A stretch of 64,000 bases of DNA from assembly GCA_035221665.1 (NCBI GenBank), contig CM069160.1, positions 23,746,001-23,810,000 on the forward strand, written 5' to 3'. The position numbers were made by a program, and so were the translations under genes. This DNA is from Okamejei kenojei (lineage: Eukaryota). The notes beneath the pieces are model-generated. The model ran no database searches. It saw only the letters and a list, made by a program, of their open reading frames with translations, and was not told where the DNA came from. Shown here one piece after another: positions 49,761 through 62,096 of this stretch (positions within the stretch are counted from its first letter, which is position 1; every line of letters begins with the position of its first letter).

Positions 49761-50837
49761 ACCACTAATTTCGCCCACATACTCCCTATTAGGCGAGAAA
49801 CTTTTGCCCAAAATTTCTGTAATAGCACAGGAGGAGCAATTTGGCTACAATGGCCCGTGCCGCGCCAGGAAAAGTCCAGAAAAAGTGCCTTTTATTGAAA
49901 TTTCAATCACATTATGAAAATAGTTCCTTCAGCCCACCAGGCCTGCACTATTCCAGGATGCGCTCCTTCGGCCCATTATTTAGTAATCCCTCTGCAACTA
50001 TTAAACCTCATCCCGATAATATACCCTTTCCTTTCCTTTCCTCCCTGTGAGATACAGGCCAGGATAGACTTCCCGCTTCATTGCACTGGGATGCAGAAAA
50101 AGATGAAACATATAGCATTGATTCTACGCCCTCTCCCCTTCTCTCTCACAGTGTCTCTCATTAGTTTTGATCAGACTTTCTGGCAGTTTCTGAGCTGCCA
50201 GCCCACCAGACCTGAGTGTCTGAGCTGCCAGCCCACCAGGCCTGAGTGACTGAGGTGTCAGACCACCACGCCTGTGTGACTGATGTGCCATACCAATAAT
50301 CCATTCAGCCCACAATGTCCTTATTAGCCCTCTGGAAACCAGTCCATTCAGCCCACAACACCCACACTAGAGCTCCAGAAATGAACCAACCCCCTTACTG
50401 GCCACCACTATTGGAATTTGTGGAGTGGTGAATATTATGTTGAGGGAATTGATGCAGAGGTGGAATCTTGTTTAGCTCTCCCGTGTGAACATGGGATCCA
50501 ACGTGTCCCACTTAGTGTAGATCATGCTTATAGCAATACGCTACTGACATGTACGCTACCAACATGTTTTTCAACTATTTCAACATAAATTCCCCAGGGG
50601 GAAGTAACAACCGGTGGATTTTGAAAAGTAAACCTGCAAATAATTATAATCTAAGTATGTAAAATTACAGGCCCTCAATATCATTTCATTTCTTCTATAT
50701 CACCTTGTCTGTGTTGCATTTGATCGCGATTTGAGTCGTGGTTTCGATCGTCTACCCTGGGCGTTAATAGGCACAGCCTGCTGCTAAAAGAAAGAGTTCA
50801 ATCATTTGAAGTACAACATTTTGATCGCTTTTCTTAC

Positions 50838-50873
50838 CTGTGTCCTCCGTGGGTGTACTAAAACTCTCTGTAT
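50838..50873 (-). CDS. Micro-exon (36 nt, phase 1-1): (N/D)TESFSTPTEDT
   Basis: Minus strand tactttccggtcttcag|ATACAGAGAGTTTTAGTACACCCACGGAGGACACAG|gtaaga. Confidence 0.72.
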
Positions 50874-51886
50874 CTGAAGACCGGAAAGTATTTGAATAAA
50901 TCCAGTAAATTGTTAGGGACATCCACAAGGCAAACACTTTTTAAGATGGAAAGGAAAAAGAATAAAAGGCCTGGTATGCGCATTAAGTATTACCAGTGGA
51001 GTCTGAACTGGAAGAGGTAACAACGAGTGAAATAAAAATATTAACATTGCTGTTTGCACCACCATTATTATAATTTTACTAAATATGGAAAGTCACGTAG
51101 AACAAATAGAAAATGTTATGATTATGGAATTACATCTGAGAGTTTCTGTGCAAATAGCATGAGCAATTAAGGCATGAGCATTTAAGTGCAGAAATACAGA
51201 TTTGTCATAAAATGGAAGTAAACGGTAGACGCGCAAGTTGAGCGTCCAATCTACAACTGAAATGCGACATCATATGAAATGGGTCTTTGAGATGGACCCT
51301 CCATTCAAAAATAAATATTTTGATTTTCGCCTGAATAAATCAATGATAGAAACATAGCCATTTTAGGAATGGTTCTATGTACCAAGGTAATTTTTCTGTT
51401 ATCCTCTGTTTTACACCCGAATTAATATCAATCAACAAACTATCAAACTCAGTTTTCTAGGTTTGCCTCAGTATAAATATTATAATGTTACTCACAATAA
51501 AATGAAAACAATAATTCAATAATAGTCCGAGACAGGATGCGCCCACATCCTGACATTCTCTGCGCTATTTCTTAAGATGGCTGTATCAGCTGATCGCGAA
51601 ATATGCCGCCTTCATCGCATGCACCCACTAAATTCAACATCCCAACTGATAAACCAGAATAACAATACACAGTTTCGTCATACATTCACATTAGATAGTC
51701 TTCAGAAAATTAGTGGAAAGAGCAATATCCAAATAAGGCTAATAATAAATTCAACCAAGAATGTTCCTTTACTCATCCATATTCGAAACTATTATAACTT
51801 AGCCACAATTGGACGACAGAAACAGGAAAACGACGCCTAGACAATGCAAATTATGAGGTTTTATATGAACTTAGCTGCAGAATTAC

Positions 51887-51916
51887 TTCGAGGTCTCCTG
51901 AATGACTTCTTGTCTT
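51887..51916 (-). CDS. Micro-exon (30 nt, phase 1-1): EDKKSFRRPR
   Basis: Minus strand ctctttttatgcgacttcag|AAGACAAGAAGTCATTCAGGAGACCTCGAA|gtaatt; ED.. linker class like 5315 and 29079; weaker donor. Confidence 0.62.
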
Positions 51917-53084
51917 CTGAAGTCGCATAAAAAGAGGCAGCTTAGTATTCCTTCTGAATATTCATGCAATTAAACAGTACCAATTCATATAAACGTGTAT
52001 AGCCATGCCTTGTTGGTTAAAAGCACTAAATTATTGCCCAGGGAAAAATACATAAATTAAAGAAAAGTTTTATATTTATAAAAGGAATTGAGTTAAGGTT
52101 ATTAAAGGCACAATGGAATAAGCAACACACTTCACAGTGAGGCTTACGTGCATGAAATAGTTCGCGAAATGTTGATGAAATCATTGTTAGGAACATTGCG
52201 TGCCAGGAACGTTTTGCGGCTGGGTTTGATCATATCGCAGTATGACGCGGCATAAAACTGGAGGTTAGTTGAGATCAACGATTACGGCGGGATTATGTAC
52301 AATATGACACTGGAATTTACTATCTGAAACTTACATTATAGGGAAGATGTCACATGAAATGGGAATGATTCCTCAACATATCCCGTCTCCGTTTTAGTGT
52401 TATGGTCAGTGGCCTTAAAGGCATCAACGTTTTTGTTTTCCACGGGACGTCCGGCTTCTCGTTTCCTCGCGAATACTGAGGACAGTGTCAGAAAATGAAA
52501 TTCGCTCTACTCCAGAAATTCGTGTCCTAGTTTAAATTTGTGATTATTGTCAATTCACGCCTCACAGGAAGACTAATTGTTTCCCTATCCCAAAGATGTG
52601 ACATAAATTAAGGGTCTGTTGTAAATTGCCCCAAGTGAATGAATTGGCGGCCGCATTGCTGTAAGGCGCAGCATTTCATGAGCATATGAATTTGAATACA
52701 TTATAAGGAAATAATGACTCGGGTGGAATTGTTGAAATTGCTCCGATAGCCAGGTATACTCTCAAATTTTCTTATTTAGTGTGTCCAAAAGTGTATATGT
52801 TATTGGAGCAGAGATGGGCAATCCGGATCTTCGTGTTTGCACTGCCTGTCAATCATGATTGATAATTCTAACTCTCTCAATCCCAATATCATGCCTTCTC
52901 CAGATAACATCTGACACGCGTACCAATCATATTATATATATATATCAATTTAATCAATAATCAATTTAAATGTATTTAATGTTACAACTTGAACCCGACA
53001 TTCAGTTTAGTCGCTGAAACATTACATTTTCCAAGGTTAACCAGAAATACAGAACCAATCAGTAGCTGGTCTGTTTTACATTAC

Positions 53085-53111
53085 CAAGTTGTTTGCGAAG
53101 ATATCTAATTT
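53085..53111 (-). CDS. Micro-exon (27 nt, phase 1-1): EIRYLRKQL
   Basis: Minus strand ttttgtatttctccttag|AAATTAGATATCTTCGCAAACAACTTG|gtaatg. Confidence 0.78.
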
Positions 53112-53129
53112 CTAAGGAGAAATACAAAA

Positions 53130-53310
53130 NNNNNNNNNNNNNNNNNNNNNNNNNNNNNNNNNNNNNNNNNNNNNNNNNNNNNNNNNNNNNNNNNNNNNNN
53201 NNNNNNNNNNNNNNNNNNNNNNNNNNNNNNNNNNNNNNNNNNNNNNNNNNNNNNNNNNNNNNNNNNNNNNNNNNNNNNNNNNNNNNNNNNNNNNNNNNNN
53301 NNNNNNNNNN
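53130..53310. other. Assembly gap (181 N)
   Basis: Run of N. Confidence 1.
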
Positions 53311-53789
53311 TTTATTCAACAAGTGCTCATTACAGAAGACAGAACCAACATAAACCTTTCAATAATGGTCACAACACAACAACAATTATTTATCATATAT
53401 TGGTGCAAACATAACTCGCAATGCTCTCGGCCCGTCAGGTCGACCAGTGTACAATGAGAGCCCCGAGCGTGTCCATGTACACCGCGTGTTCCCTCTCCAT
53501 CATATATGGCCGGAAGAGGGGCAGAAAGCCGAATCTAGTGGGCCATCTATTGACTCTAGTGTGCTCAACGACAACCCGCGGCCTGACAGCCCGCTGCCTT
53601 CGCGACGCCCTGGAGCATATCGACAGGGGTGTCCCATTCGCATTTGCGGATCGGGACACTTGGAATACGTTAGAGAACGAATCGTGGGCATATAATTCAT
53701 ATTTATTAAGCAACAAATCACCGCCGATGTTTGTAAGTAGTGGAAACACTGAGCAGCATTTTATACTCGAAGTTACGATTAAAAACATT

Positions 53790-55340
53790 GCGCTGCGATT
53801 CCTAACTGACAGAGAACATAATTACCCGTATTATTATATCAGATGGATTACATGACATGTCCTGAAAATAACCTAAGCTACTCACTTAGCCTGTCCGTCA
53901 TAAATTCATAACGCATTGCTGGACAGTTACCCAACAGGGATTCAAGCGTTTGACCCCTCATTGTACCATTCATCTTCTTCTACCCCATGATCTCATTCAA
54001 ACACATTCCCACACTCATCTACAAACGGCTGGACCTCGGAATCAGCAAACTATCGTTCACCGCCCCAACACCTTCCCGCTGTAGATTGTCCGCCTTCTGC
54101 CACAAAGAACACAATCACTTTGGATATGTGAGAACACGCCTCCCTTACACACTTATAGCTTCGGTCCGAATTCATCTATAACTTTGCAAATCACATCACT
54201 GCGCTGGGACTGATTGCGTACAATGATGAGACACAGCACAGGAAAGATTTCGAACTAAGTACCGTAGTGCGAGGACAATATCATCTATTTCGCGATGTCA
54301 GCAAGACGATGGAAATAATTATCTAATTCAGGGAGTATGGTGGAGGAGATGCTCCCTTCAGCGCCAATGGTGCCCGAGTGAAAATAGTTGCGAATCCCTT
54401 GGCGTAAGTATCCTCAACTGTGACACATCTGTCGGGTCCACCCACATAGATGCGACAGGCAAAAATGCACACCAACGCCTCCCAGACGAGACAGAGGAAA
54501 TACGGTAAGGACTCTTAGAAGGACTCTTCCATGAATGGCAGATGTACCATAGCTGGAAAGCTTCACAGCGTAGTTTCGGATAAGTTCTGCCCAAGATCAC
54601 AAGAATCTGCAGAGAGTTGTAGATGCAGTCCAGTCTATCACACAGATCAGACTTTCCAAGGTAGACAAAAATGCTGGAGAAACTCAGCGGATGAGGCAGC
54701 AAATATGCAGCGTGGGAAATAGGCAACGTTTCGTGTCGCACCCTTTGTTTAAAAGAAGAACGTCTGAGAATGGTTTTGACCCTAAACATTGCCTATTTCC
54801 TTCGCTCCATAGTTGCTGCCTCACCCGCTGAGTTTCTGCAGCATTTGTGTCTACCTTCCATTTTCCAACATCTGCGGTTTCTTCTTAAACGATCAGACTT
54901 TCGACTTTGACTGCATCAGGACTTCACGATGCCTCGGGAAGAGCATAACCGGAGAAGTATCCTATCCCGCTCATTCATTCTTCGTTCTCCCGTTCGGCTG
55001 AAGGTACGGACGCTTGGAAATGCGTAAGACAATACTCAGAAACAAATTCATCCATTGTGTTATCAGCCTTATTTTCAATTATCCCATGAGCTCGACTACT
55101 GTCCGATTCACGCCAACACCATTGTTGACATTGGACTTTGTTATGAAACTGGCGCACAACATGCTGACAACTTCATACCGCACTGTGTACCTTCCACTTT
55201 GCTCTGTTCATAGTGCTTTGTTCTGCCTTTGATTTTACTGATGTGTAGTATAAGTTAGTCAAATATGATCCGGTGAAAACAAAGCTTTTCTCTGTACGTC
55301 GGTGGCAATATGTGGCAATATGCGGCAATATGTGGCAATA
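53790..55340 (+). mobile_element. Heavily decayed Rex1/Babar-like LINE
   Basis: Remnants collinear with the reverse complement of the 55550-58110 element (ctgcagagagttgtag LQRVV; aggtacggacgcttg); no intact ORF. Confidence 0.55.
54657..54890. mobile_element. 234-bp palindromic Penelope pLTR-only insertion with 12-bp TSD
   Basis: Arms gtagacaaaaatgctggagaaactcagcgg.. / ..ccgctgagtttctgcagcatttgtgtctac; two decayed hammerhead cores back to back; TSD GATCAGACTTTC at 54645-54656 and 54891-54902. Confidence 0.8.
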
Positions 55341-55547
55341 GTAAACCAAAGCTGAAGCCAGCCAATTTCGAAACTTACAGATTGTGGATCGTGATTTGTT
55401 CTGGTTTTGCTGCTCAACTACTGAACAAGTCCATTAATATGACAAAGAACCAATGCAACGCGAGTCATGTTCCGCTAGAATAGGTCTCAGTTTCTTCCCA
55501 AACAGTAAATTGAACGAAGGTTAGTTTCGGCAGTTTAATGACCTGCT

Positions 55548-58110
55548 TTCAATTCAATTCAATTGAACTTTAATGTCATTGCACAGATACAAGTATGGGT
55601 ACAACGGAATGCAGTTTATTGTCAGTACGTAATGATAGCAATATATAGATAAATACAGATAAATAAATACTGATGCGGAAATCTATCGGCGGGACTCCGA
55701 GTGCAGAAGTGTGATGGTGTTATTATAAAAGCTATTCATCCTCCTGCTGGTGCGGGACCTGAAGCTCCTGTACCGCCTCCCCGATGGTAAGATGGCAAAC
55801 AGTCCATGGTTAGGGTGGGAGGGGTCCTTGATGATCTTCCCGGCCCGTCTCAGACACCGTTTTCGGTGGAGGGCATCCATGGCAGGGAGCGGGGCACCGA
55901 TGATGTACGGGGCAATTTTCACCACACGTTGTAGTGCCTTCCTGACTGCTACGGTGCAACTGCTGTACCATACCGTAAAGCAGGTGGTCATGATGCTTTC
56001 GATGGTACGGCGGTAAAAGTTGGTCAGGATCTGGGGGGACAGGTGGGTTTTTTTGAGCCTCCTCAGGAAGTAAAGGCGCAGCTGCGCCTTTTTGATCTGC
56101 TTGGAGGTGTTGAGGGACCAGGACAGATTCTCCGAGATGTGTACCCCTAGGAATTTGTAGTTGGATACACGCTCCACCTCAGTCCCGTTTATATGGATGG
56201 GGGTGTGTCTGCCCCCTCTGTTCTTTCTGAAGTCGACAAAGATTTCCTTCGTCTTCTGGGAGTTGAGGACGAGGTTATTATTGGCACACCAGGTTATCAG
56301 TTGCTGGACCTCCTCCCTGTAGGCTGACTCGTCGTTGTCGCTGTCCTACCACCGTGGTGTCGTCGGCAAATTGTATCATGGCGTTGGAGCCATACTTATG
56401 GATGCAGTCATGGGTGAAGAGGGAGTAGAGGAGAGGACTGAGCACACAGCCCTATGGCACGCCAGTGTTCTGTGTTATATTGGAGGAGGTGAGGTTGTTG
56501 ACTCTAACAGACTGTGGGTACAATTCAGTGTCCATTGCAGAGGGAAGTGGAGATGCCAAGACCGCTGAGTTTGGTGATGACAGTTTTAAAGGCGGAGCTG
56601 AAGTCAATGAACAGCAGCCTGATGTAGGTGTTATTGCTGTCCAGGTGGGTCAGGGCAGGGTGTAGGACCGCCGATATGGCGTCCTCTGTAGACCTGTTGG
56701 TCCGGTAGGCAAACTGATGAAGGTCAAGTGTGGGGGGGAGGCTGGCTTTGAGGTGAGCCAAGATCAGCCACTAGAAGCACTTGGCTATGACAAGGGTGAG
56801 TGCCACTGGCCGGATATCGTTGAGACTCCCTGTCGTTGATTGATGCGGGCACTGGGCCAATGGTAGATGTCTTGAGGCAAGTGGGGACGACATCCTGGGC
56901 CGGTGACAGATTAAAAAGCTGCGTCGCGAGCCTTCAGCTGGAGTCTGGCGTCCCTGCTCATCCACGGCTTCTGGTAAGGGTAGGTCTTTATCTCTTTGTG
57001 GGTAGTCACGTTGTCCGTGCAGAATGTTATATATTCCAGAACGGTTGAGGTGTATGAGTTGATGTTCACGTGGGAGTTGAAGGTGGCCTGAGTGGCAAAC
57101 AGACACCAGTCTGTTTGCTGAAACTGTTCCTGTAAAACAGAGACAGCCCCATCAGGCCAGACCTTCACTGTCCTCACGGTAGGTTTCACACGTCTGATCA
57201 GAGGTGTGTATTTGGGGAGCAGGAACAGAGAGAGGTAGTCAGACGGTCCCAGGTGGGGGAGGGGGAGGGCTCTGTATGCTTCAGTAAGATTTTTGTATAC
57301 TAGTTCAAGAGTCTTGTTTCCTCTGGTTGGGCAGGAGACATGTTGGTGGAATCTAGGGAGTACAGTTTTAAGGTTGTAGTGGTTAAAATAACCCGCAACA
57401 ATAAAAGCCCCCCCCCCCCCCCCCTGGGTGTGCAGTTAGTTGTTTGCTTATAGCAGCTTGCAGCTCATCCATTGCTAGCCTGGCATTAGCGTCCCGGGGT
57501 ACATAGACTGCAGTGATAACAATCGATGTAAATTCCCTGGGCAGATAGAAGGGCCTGCACTTTATCATCAGGTATTCCAGATCAGCAGAGCAGTGGCTAC
57601 CAATCCTGACAGCATCTGCACGCCATGAGTTGTTCACATGAATGCACAGACCGCCACCCTTGGTTTTACCGGAGTCCTCCGCTGTTCTATCGGCCCTGAA
57701 GACAGTGCGCCCCTCCAGCATGATGGCGCTTTCCGGGATGTTGTCGGTGAGCCAGGTTTCGGTGAAGACCCTGGCGTTGCAGTCGGGGATCCGGTTGTGT
57801 GTGTTGACCCGCAGCCGCAGTTCGTCGATTTTACTCACCAGCGACCGGACATTCGCGAGCAAAATGCTCGGCAGAGCTGTCTGGTGCGGGTTTGATTTCA
57901 GCCTAGCTCGTTAGCCTCCGCGCTTCCCACGTCTTTGTTTGCGGTCCCTGCGCCGCCTCCGGGCACTTCCTGTCGGGGGAGCTGGCCCGCTAGATTTCGG
58001 TGTCCTGACGATCTCCGGCGGCAGTTGAAAGTCGCTTCAGGGGCTCGTTACGTAGAGACGGCCGAGCTCCAGTAGCTCCTGAGGGCCGTATAGAGTCTTC
58101 GCTGGAGAAG
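55548..58110 (-). mobile_element. Rex1/Babar-clade LINE (APE + RT), with deletions and frameshifts
   Basis: LANVRSL, FTETWL, GKTKGGGLCI, CRPFYLPREF (APE); [51 protein letters not shown]; (attga)n tail. Confidence 0.9.
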
Positions 58111-58428
58111 TGATAACGTTTGCCTTTCCAGTAAATAGTTATCCTACCTCTCTCAACATCACATATAAATCGTTTCATGTCATTTCACGGGCAATGTTAT
58201 TTGTTTTATTAGCCATTCGTTCCTATGTGCTCCAGACATGAAAGAAAATCGTGCTGACAGGTTGAAAGTGTTTGGCAAGGGCAAAACCTATGGTAAAATA
58301 ATAGCACCAAATTTACGATTTTTCTCTTTAAAAAAAAACGGATTTTATACAACGGATTTGGAAATATAGTTTCCACTCTTAAACGAGCTTAGACTGGTAT
58401 TCTTTTTGAATAATGTACTTTCTGATAC

Positions 58429-58455
58429 CTTCATCCTTCAGACGTAAAAGCACCT
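58429..58455 (-). CDS. Micro-exon (27 nt, phase 1-1): (E/Q)VLLRLKDE
   Basis: Minus strand tctctccgtttttccacag|AGGTGCTTTTACGTCTGAAGGATGAAG|gtatca; ends KDE like 2960 and 33581. Confidence 0.8.
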
Positions 58456-59364
58456 CTGTGGAAAAACGGAGAGACTTGAACAAATTTAAATAATACATGC
58501 CCTTTCAATTCGATGTTTCAGTTTTCACCGGACAGTTAGCAAAATTATATTTTTTTTAGGTACAATTAATTTGCTTAATAAACTATGCAGTTTAATCTCA
58601 TCTGTGCTCTGGAAGGCTACGTGCGTAATTAGAAATTTGCGTCGGGGTTGAGATGATGTTGGTGAGTTAAAAAATATTGCAATGAGCATAATAACAGAGT
58701 ATATCAACATATCATTTTGATTTGAGATTTGGATCAGAAGATAGACAAAAGGCATACGTAAAATTCATAGGTAATATCCATGGAACGTTCAGTAAATATT
58801 ATATTAGCAGTTTTTTTGTTCACTAAATCCATTTTCGATATCCATTAATAATCAGGGAATATTTCAAAGTATCTAACGCACTCACGACACACAAAGGCAG
58901 CAACTATGAATCTTCCAGACGTCGTATCTTGATTATTTAGTCGTTTATTGACGGAATACAAAACAAATGAGTAACCCATAACGTTCCGTTGTTCGACGCT
59001 GTTCCGTTCACGTCATATAAATCACTTAAAGGCTTCTTATTATAAAGGCATGTCGTCTCGTAACATATGTGTCGTGATCATGGTAGAAATATATTTCCCT
59101 TCATATTCCGACACAAACTAAAACTTCAAATCTGCGAGTCTGTTCGTGACTCATCTATCAAAAGAACACAACCCTACTACGTATCAAATTCCACATACAA
59201 ACATACAGACAGATAAAGACTGAATATTAAAAATGTTAGACAGTGCTATAATGGCTCCAACAAATGGTTCCTACAAATATATTGGTCATTTTTAATGTTT
59301 TAAGTGGTGGAGCTAAAATTAACAGAGGCAGTGAATATGGTCCAACAATATTGACGAATTGAAG

Positions 59365-59825
59365 ATAGACAAAACTGATGGAGTAACTCAGCGTGGCAGC
59401 CATGTTATCCGGATTGAAGGACTGGGTGACGGTTCGGGTCGAGAGCCTTCTTCAGACTGAGAGTCGCCGTAGAGGGATACAAAGTGCTTAAGAATGTAGG
59501 GTGTGAATATGAGACATAAAAGAGGACGGGGATCAAGGAGAATGTATAATCGATACTAGTTCGCACTGTTACCATTTCAACGAAGCATTCACAATTAACA
59601 AATAAATCATGGAGACAGTCAGACCGGTCGGTGAACTATGTCTTATTTTCACACCACACATTATTTCTATCTGTGCCGCCCTATCCTCTGACTCTCAGGC
59701 TCCAGAAGGGCTTTGACCCGAAACGACTCGCATTCCTTCTACCCAGAGATTCAGCCTGACCCGCTGAGTTCATCCAGCATTTTGTGTCTACCTCTATGTA
59801 ATGCAGCATATTTATTTCCTTCCTG
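59365..59825. mobile_element. Penelope pLTR-derived inverted-repeat insertion with two decayed minimal hammerheads
   Basis: Minus strand CTGAAGA-AGGCTCTCGACCC-GAACCGTC near 59428-59456; plus strand agaagggctttgacccgaaacg near 59704-59725; arms end in tagacaaaa / ttttgtgtcta. Confidence 0.7.
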
Positions 59826-60127
59826 CAAAATTATGACGAAATGTTACATTTATGACATCGAGGAGCTCATAGTCTCATGTTGAGGCCGATGCCGTGCAGT
59901 TCCAATGTCGCAAGAGCTTCGACTAAACCTGACCCGCGGTTCGATCGCCCGGAGCTGGTAGCTGAGATCCCCCGATGAGGGACCATGATCGCCTCGATGC
60001 AGACGGTCCGATCGCCGGATACGGGAGCCAATATCGTCCGGTCAACGGAAGGCTAGAGGCACCGGACGGCGGGAGGACAAAAGGTGTAATGGGATTTAAG
60101 CTTTGTTTTTCGTTTCCATCATAGTAA

Positions 60128-60445
60128 GGAAACATAGAAAGATAGAAAATACGTGTAGCAGTAGGCCATTCGACCCCTCGAGCCTGCACCGCCATTCAAT
60201 ATGATCATGGCTGATCATCCAACTCAGTATCCCTTCTTCTGTCTTCTCTCCATACCCCCTGATCCCTTTAGCCAGAAGGGCCAGATCTAACTCCCTCTTA
60301 AATATAGCCAATTAACTGGCCTCAACTACCTTCTGTGGCACAGAATTCCAGAGATTCACCACTCTCTGTGTGAAAAATGTTTTTCTCATCTCGGTCATAA
60401 AAGATTTCCGCCTTATCCTTAAACTGTGATCCCTTGTCCTGGACG
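60128..60445 (-). mobile_element. CR1 3' end / CR1-tailed SINE fragment
   Basis: gaaacatagaaagatag tail, gtaggccattcgacccctcgagcctgcaccgccattcaat. Confidence 0.8.
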
Positions 60446-61275
60446 TGACCACTTGTCCTGGAAGAGTCACTGTGGTGGATGTTTATGTTAAAATGTATTT
60501 GGTGTGTTTGGTAGCTTGGCATTGGTATTAATGTATGGCAAATCAAATCCCTGACATGTTACGAAATATACTTAGCTAATAAAGTATGAATATGATTATG
60601 ATTATGACAAAATTAAATTTCATTTCTTGGAGCAAGCAGGACATATCCGGATTGGACTAATGAAGTAAATGTCACAAGACAATGTTTAATTGTAATCTCG
60701 GTGCAGGCTCGAAGGGCTGAATGGCCTACTCCTGCACCTAATTTCTATGTTTCTATGTTTCTATCTAATTGTCGCTTGTATTTCGTGGTGGCTGAAAACA
60801 ATGCGTCAACGTCATTGCCGTTGAACATGGCTGCTCTGGGCTCTGCTGAGAGACCTGCCACCGTAATGTTAGAATAACAGATATGAGCTCATGAAACGTC
60901 AAAATAGGCTGCACATTGCCGCAGTTTAGCTGGCTTGGAAGTCGATAAAATATCACGAATATCTCTAATAATGGGCGATGTGCAAAAAGCACAAACCGTT
61001 TTTTTTCAGCAAATAACACAAATGTAAATACTTAACATTTCAAGTATTCCATATTGAATTCAACCCACCACAAAGTGAGCATTTCAAATGACTGAAACCG
61101 TGATGTCACTGATTCGAAAGTAAAAAGTGATCAAAATGCAGTGACGTTAAATCGGATTGCAAACATCCTTATGAATATATTTATAATAAATAATGCTGTC
61201 TTCCGATTTAAATTCGCTACATTTCGTCTTCGCTTATATTCATATTCGAATAATACATATTTTTATTTCGCTTAC

Positions 61276-61308
61276 GTTCCTTTGAATTTGTATACCTCTC
61301 AAGATTAC
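61276..61308 (-). CDS. Possible additional micro-exon (33 nt, phase 1-1): GNLERYTNSKE
   Basis: Good donor aac|gtaagc, open in phase 1, sits where a linker exon is expected, but acceptor gcaggatatag lacks a polypyrimidine tract. Confidence 0.3.
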
Positions 61309-62060
61309 CTATATCCTGCATTTTGTGTAATGTCCAATAGAAGATCATATAGTCCCAGAATTTACGATGATTTATCCCCGGAGAATGTCTGCGCGCAATG
61401 GTTTATGAATACTATGATCTTGTTAGAGGCACTTTTAGACATGCTACATACAGCGCCATATAGCAAAAGACTTTCAGGGCATATCTAAAATGCCTCGATA
61501 TCCCCATTTGTGTCGCTATTCCTGCTTCACATAAAAGCCCGTCAACAAATCTTTGTGGATTTTGGAAGCCTCGTAAATAAAGCTCGCCGGGCTATTGAAA
61601 AGGGTACGCAGGGCTTTTTCATATAGACCTCGGACCGTAGTTTGAATGGACGATATGGCTGTGCAATAATTCTTGATACGTATCCTTCGCAAAATTAATT
61701 GAAAAATTCTTACGAAATATGGAGAGAAAATTCCTACAGCTTTAAATGTGGGAAAATACGTTGTGTACCTTAAGTTTCCCGATTTTTTTCTAACAGAGGG
61801 AGTCAATTGAACTGCTATATACAATTGTTACTGTTATTCAATTTCATCTTTCAAACATGACAACATTATTTATCGTTAGGTCGTATACTGTGCAAATACT
61901 GTAGGGCATGTTTGAAGTTGATGTTGACGTATAGCCCTCGAATGCCACCTGTTATACTTGATTTCCGGAGTCAAAATGGTCCATAATATATCGTATCTGA
62001 ATTAATGGATTTGGTTCCCTACATTCACGCTCCTACAAACAATTGATAAAAATGTCTTAC

Positions 62061-62096
62061 CGACATCTTTGCGAATTACTTGTATTTGTTCTATTT
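62061..62096 (-). CDS. Micro-exon (36 nt, phase 1-1): EIEQIQVIRKDV
   Basis: Minus strand cttacatttgtttttag|AAATAGAACAAATACAAGTAATTCGCAAAGATGTCG|gtaaga. Confidence 0.75.

Larger units (their letters stand above)
45330..50520 (+). mobile_element. Probable non-autonomous Helitron-like composite element (long inverted repeat + minisatellite), interrupted by CR1
   Basis: Subterminal imperfect hairpin TGGGATCC-AAC-GTGTCCCA at 50492-50510 followed by cttagtGTAG (degenerate CTAG); 5' end not defined. Confidence 0.45.

Noticed and set aside
53059-53353. ORFs spanning the N run
   Set aside because: Artefacts of translating through an assembly gap; only the 27-nt exon at 53085 is supported
61769-61789. 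21-nt AG..GT segment as a heptad micro-exon (KKIGKLK)
   Set aside because: Open in phase 0 but contains TAA in the gene's phase 1, and the donor gtacac is weak
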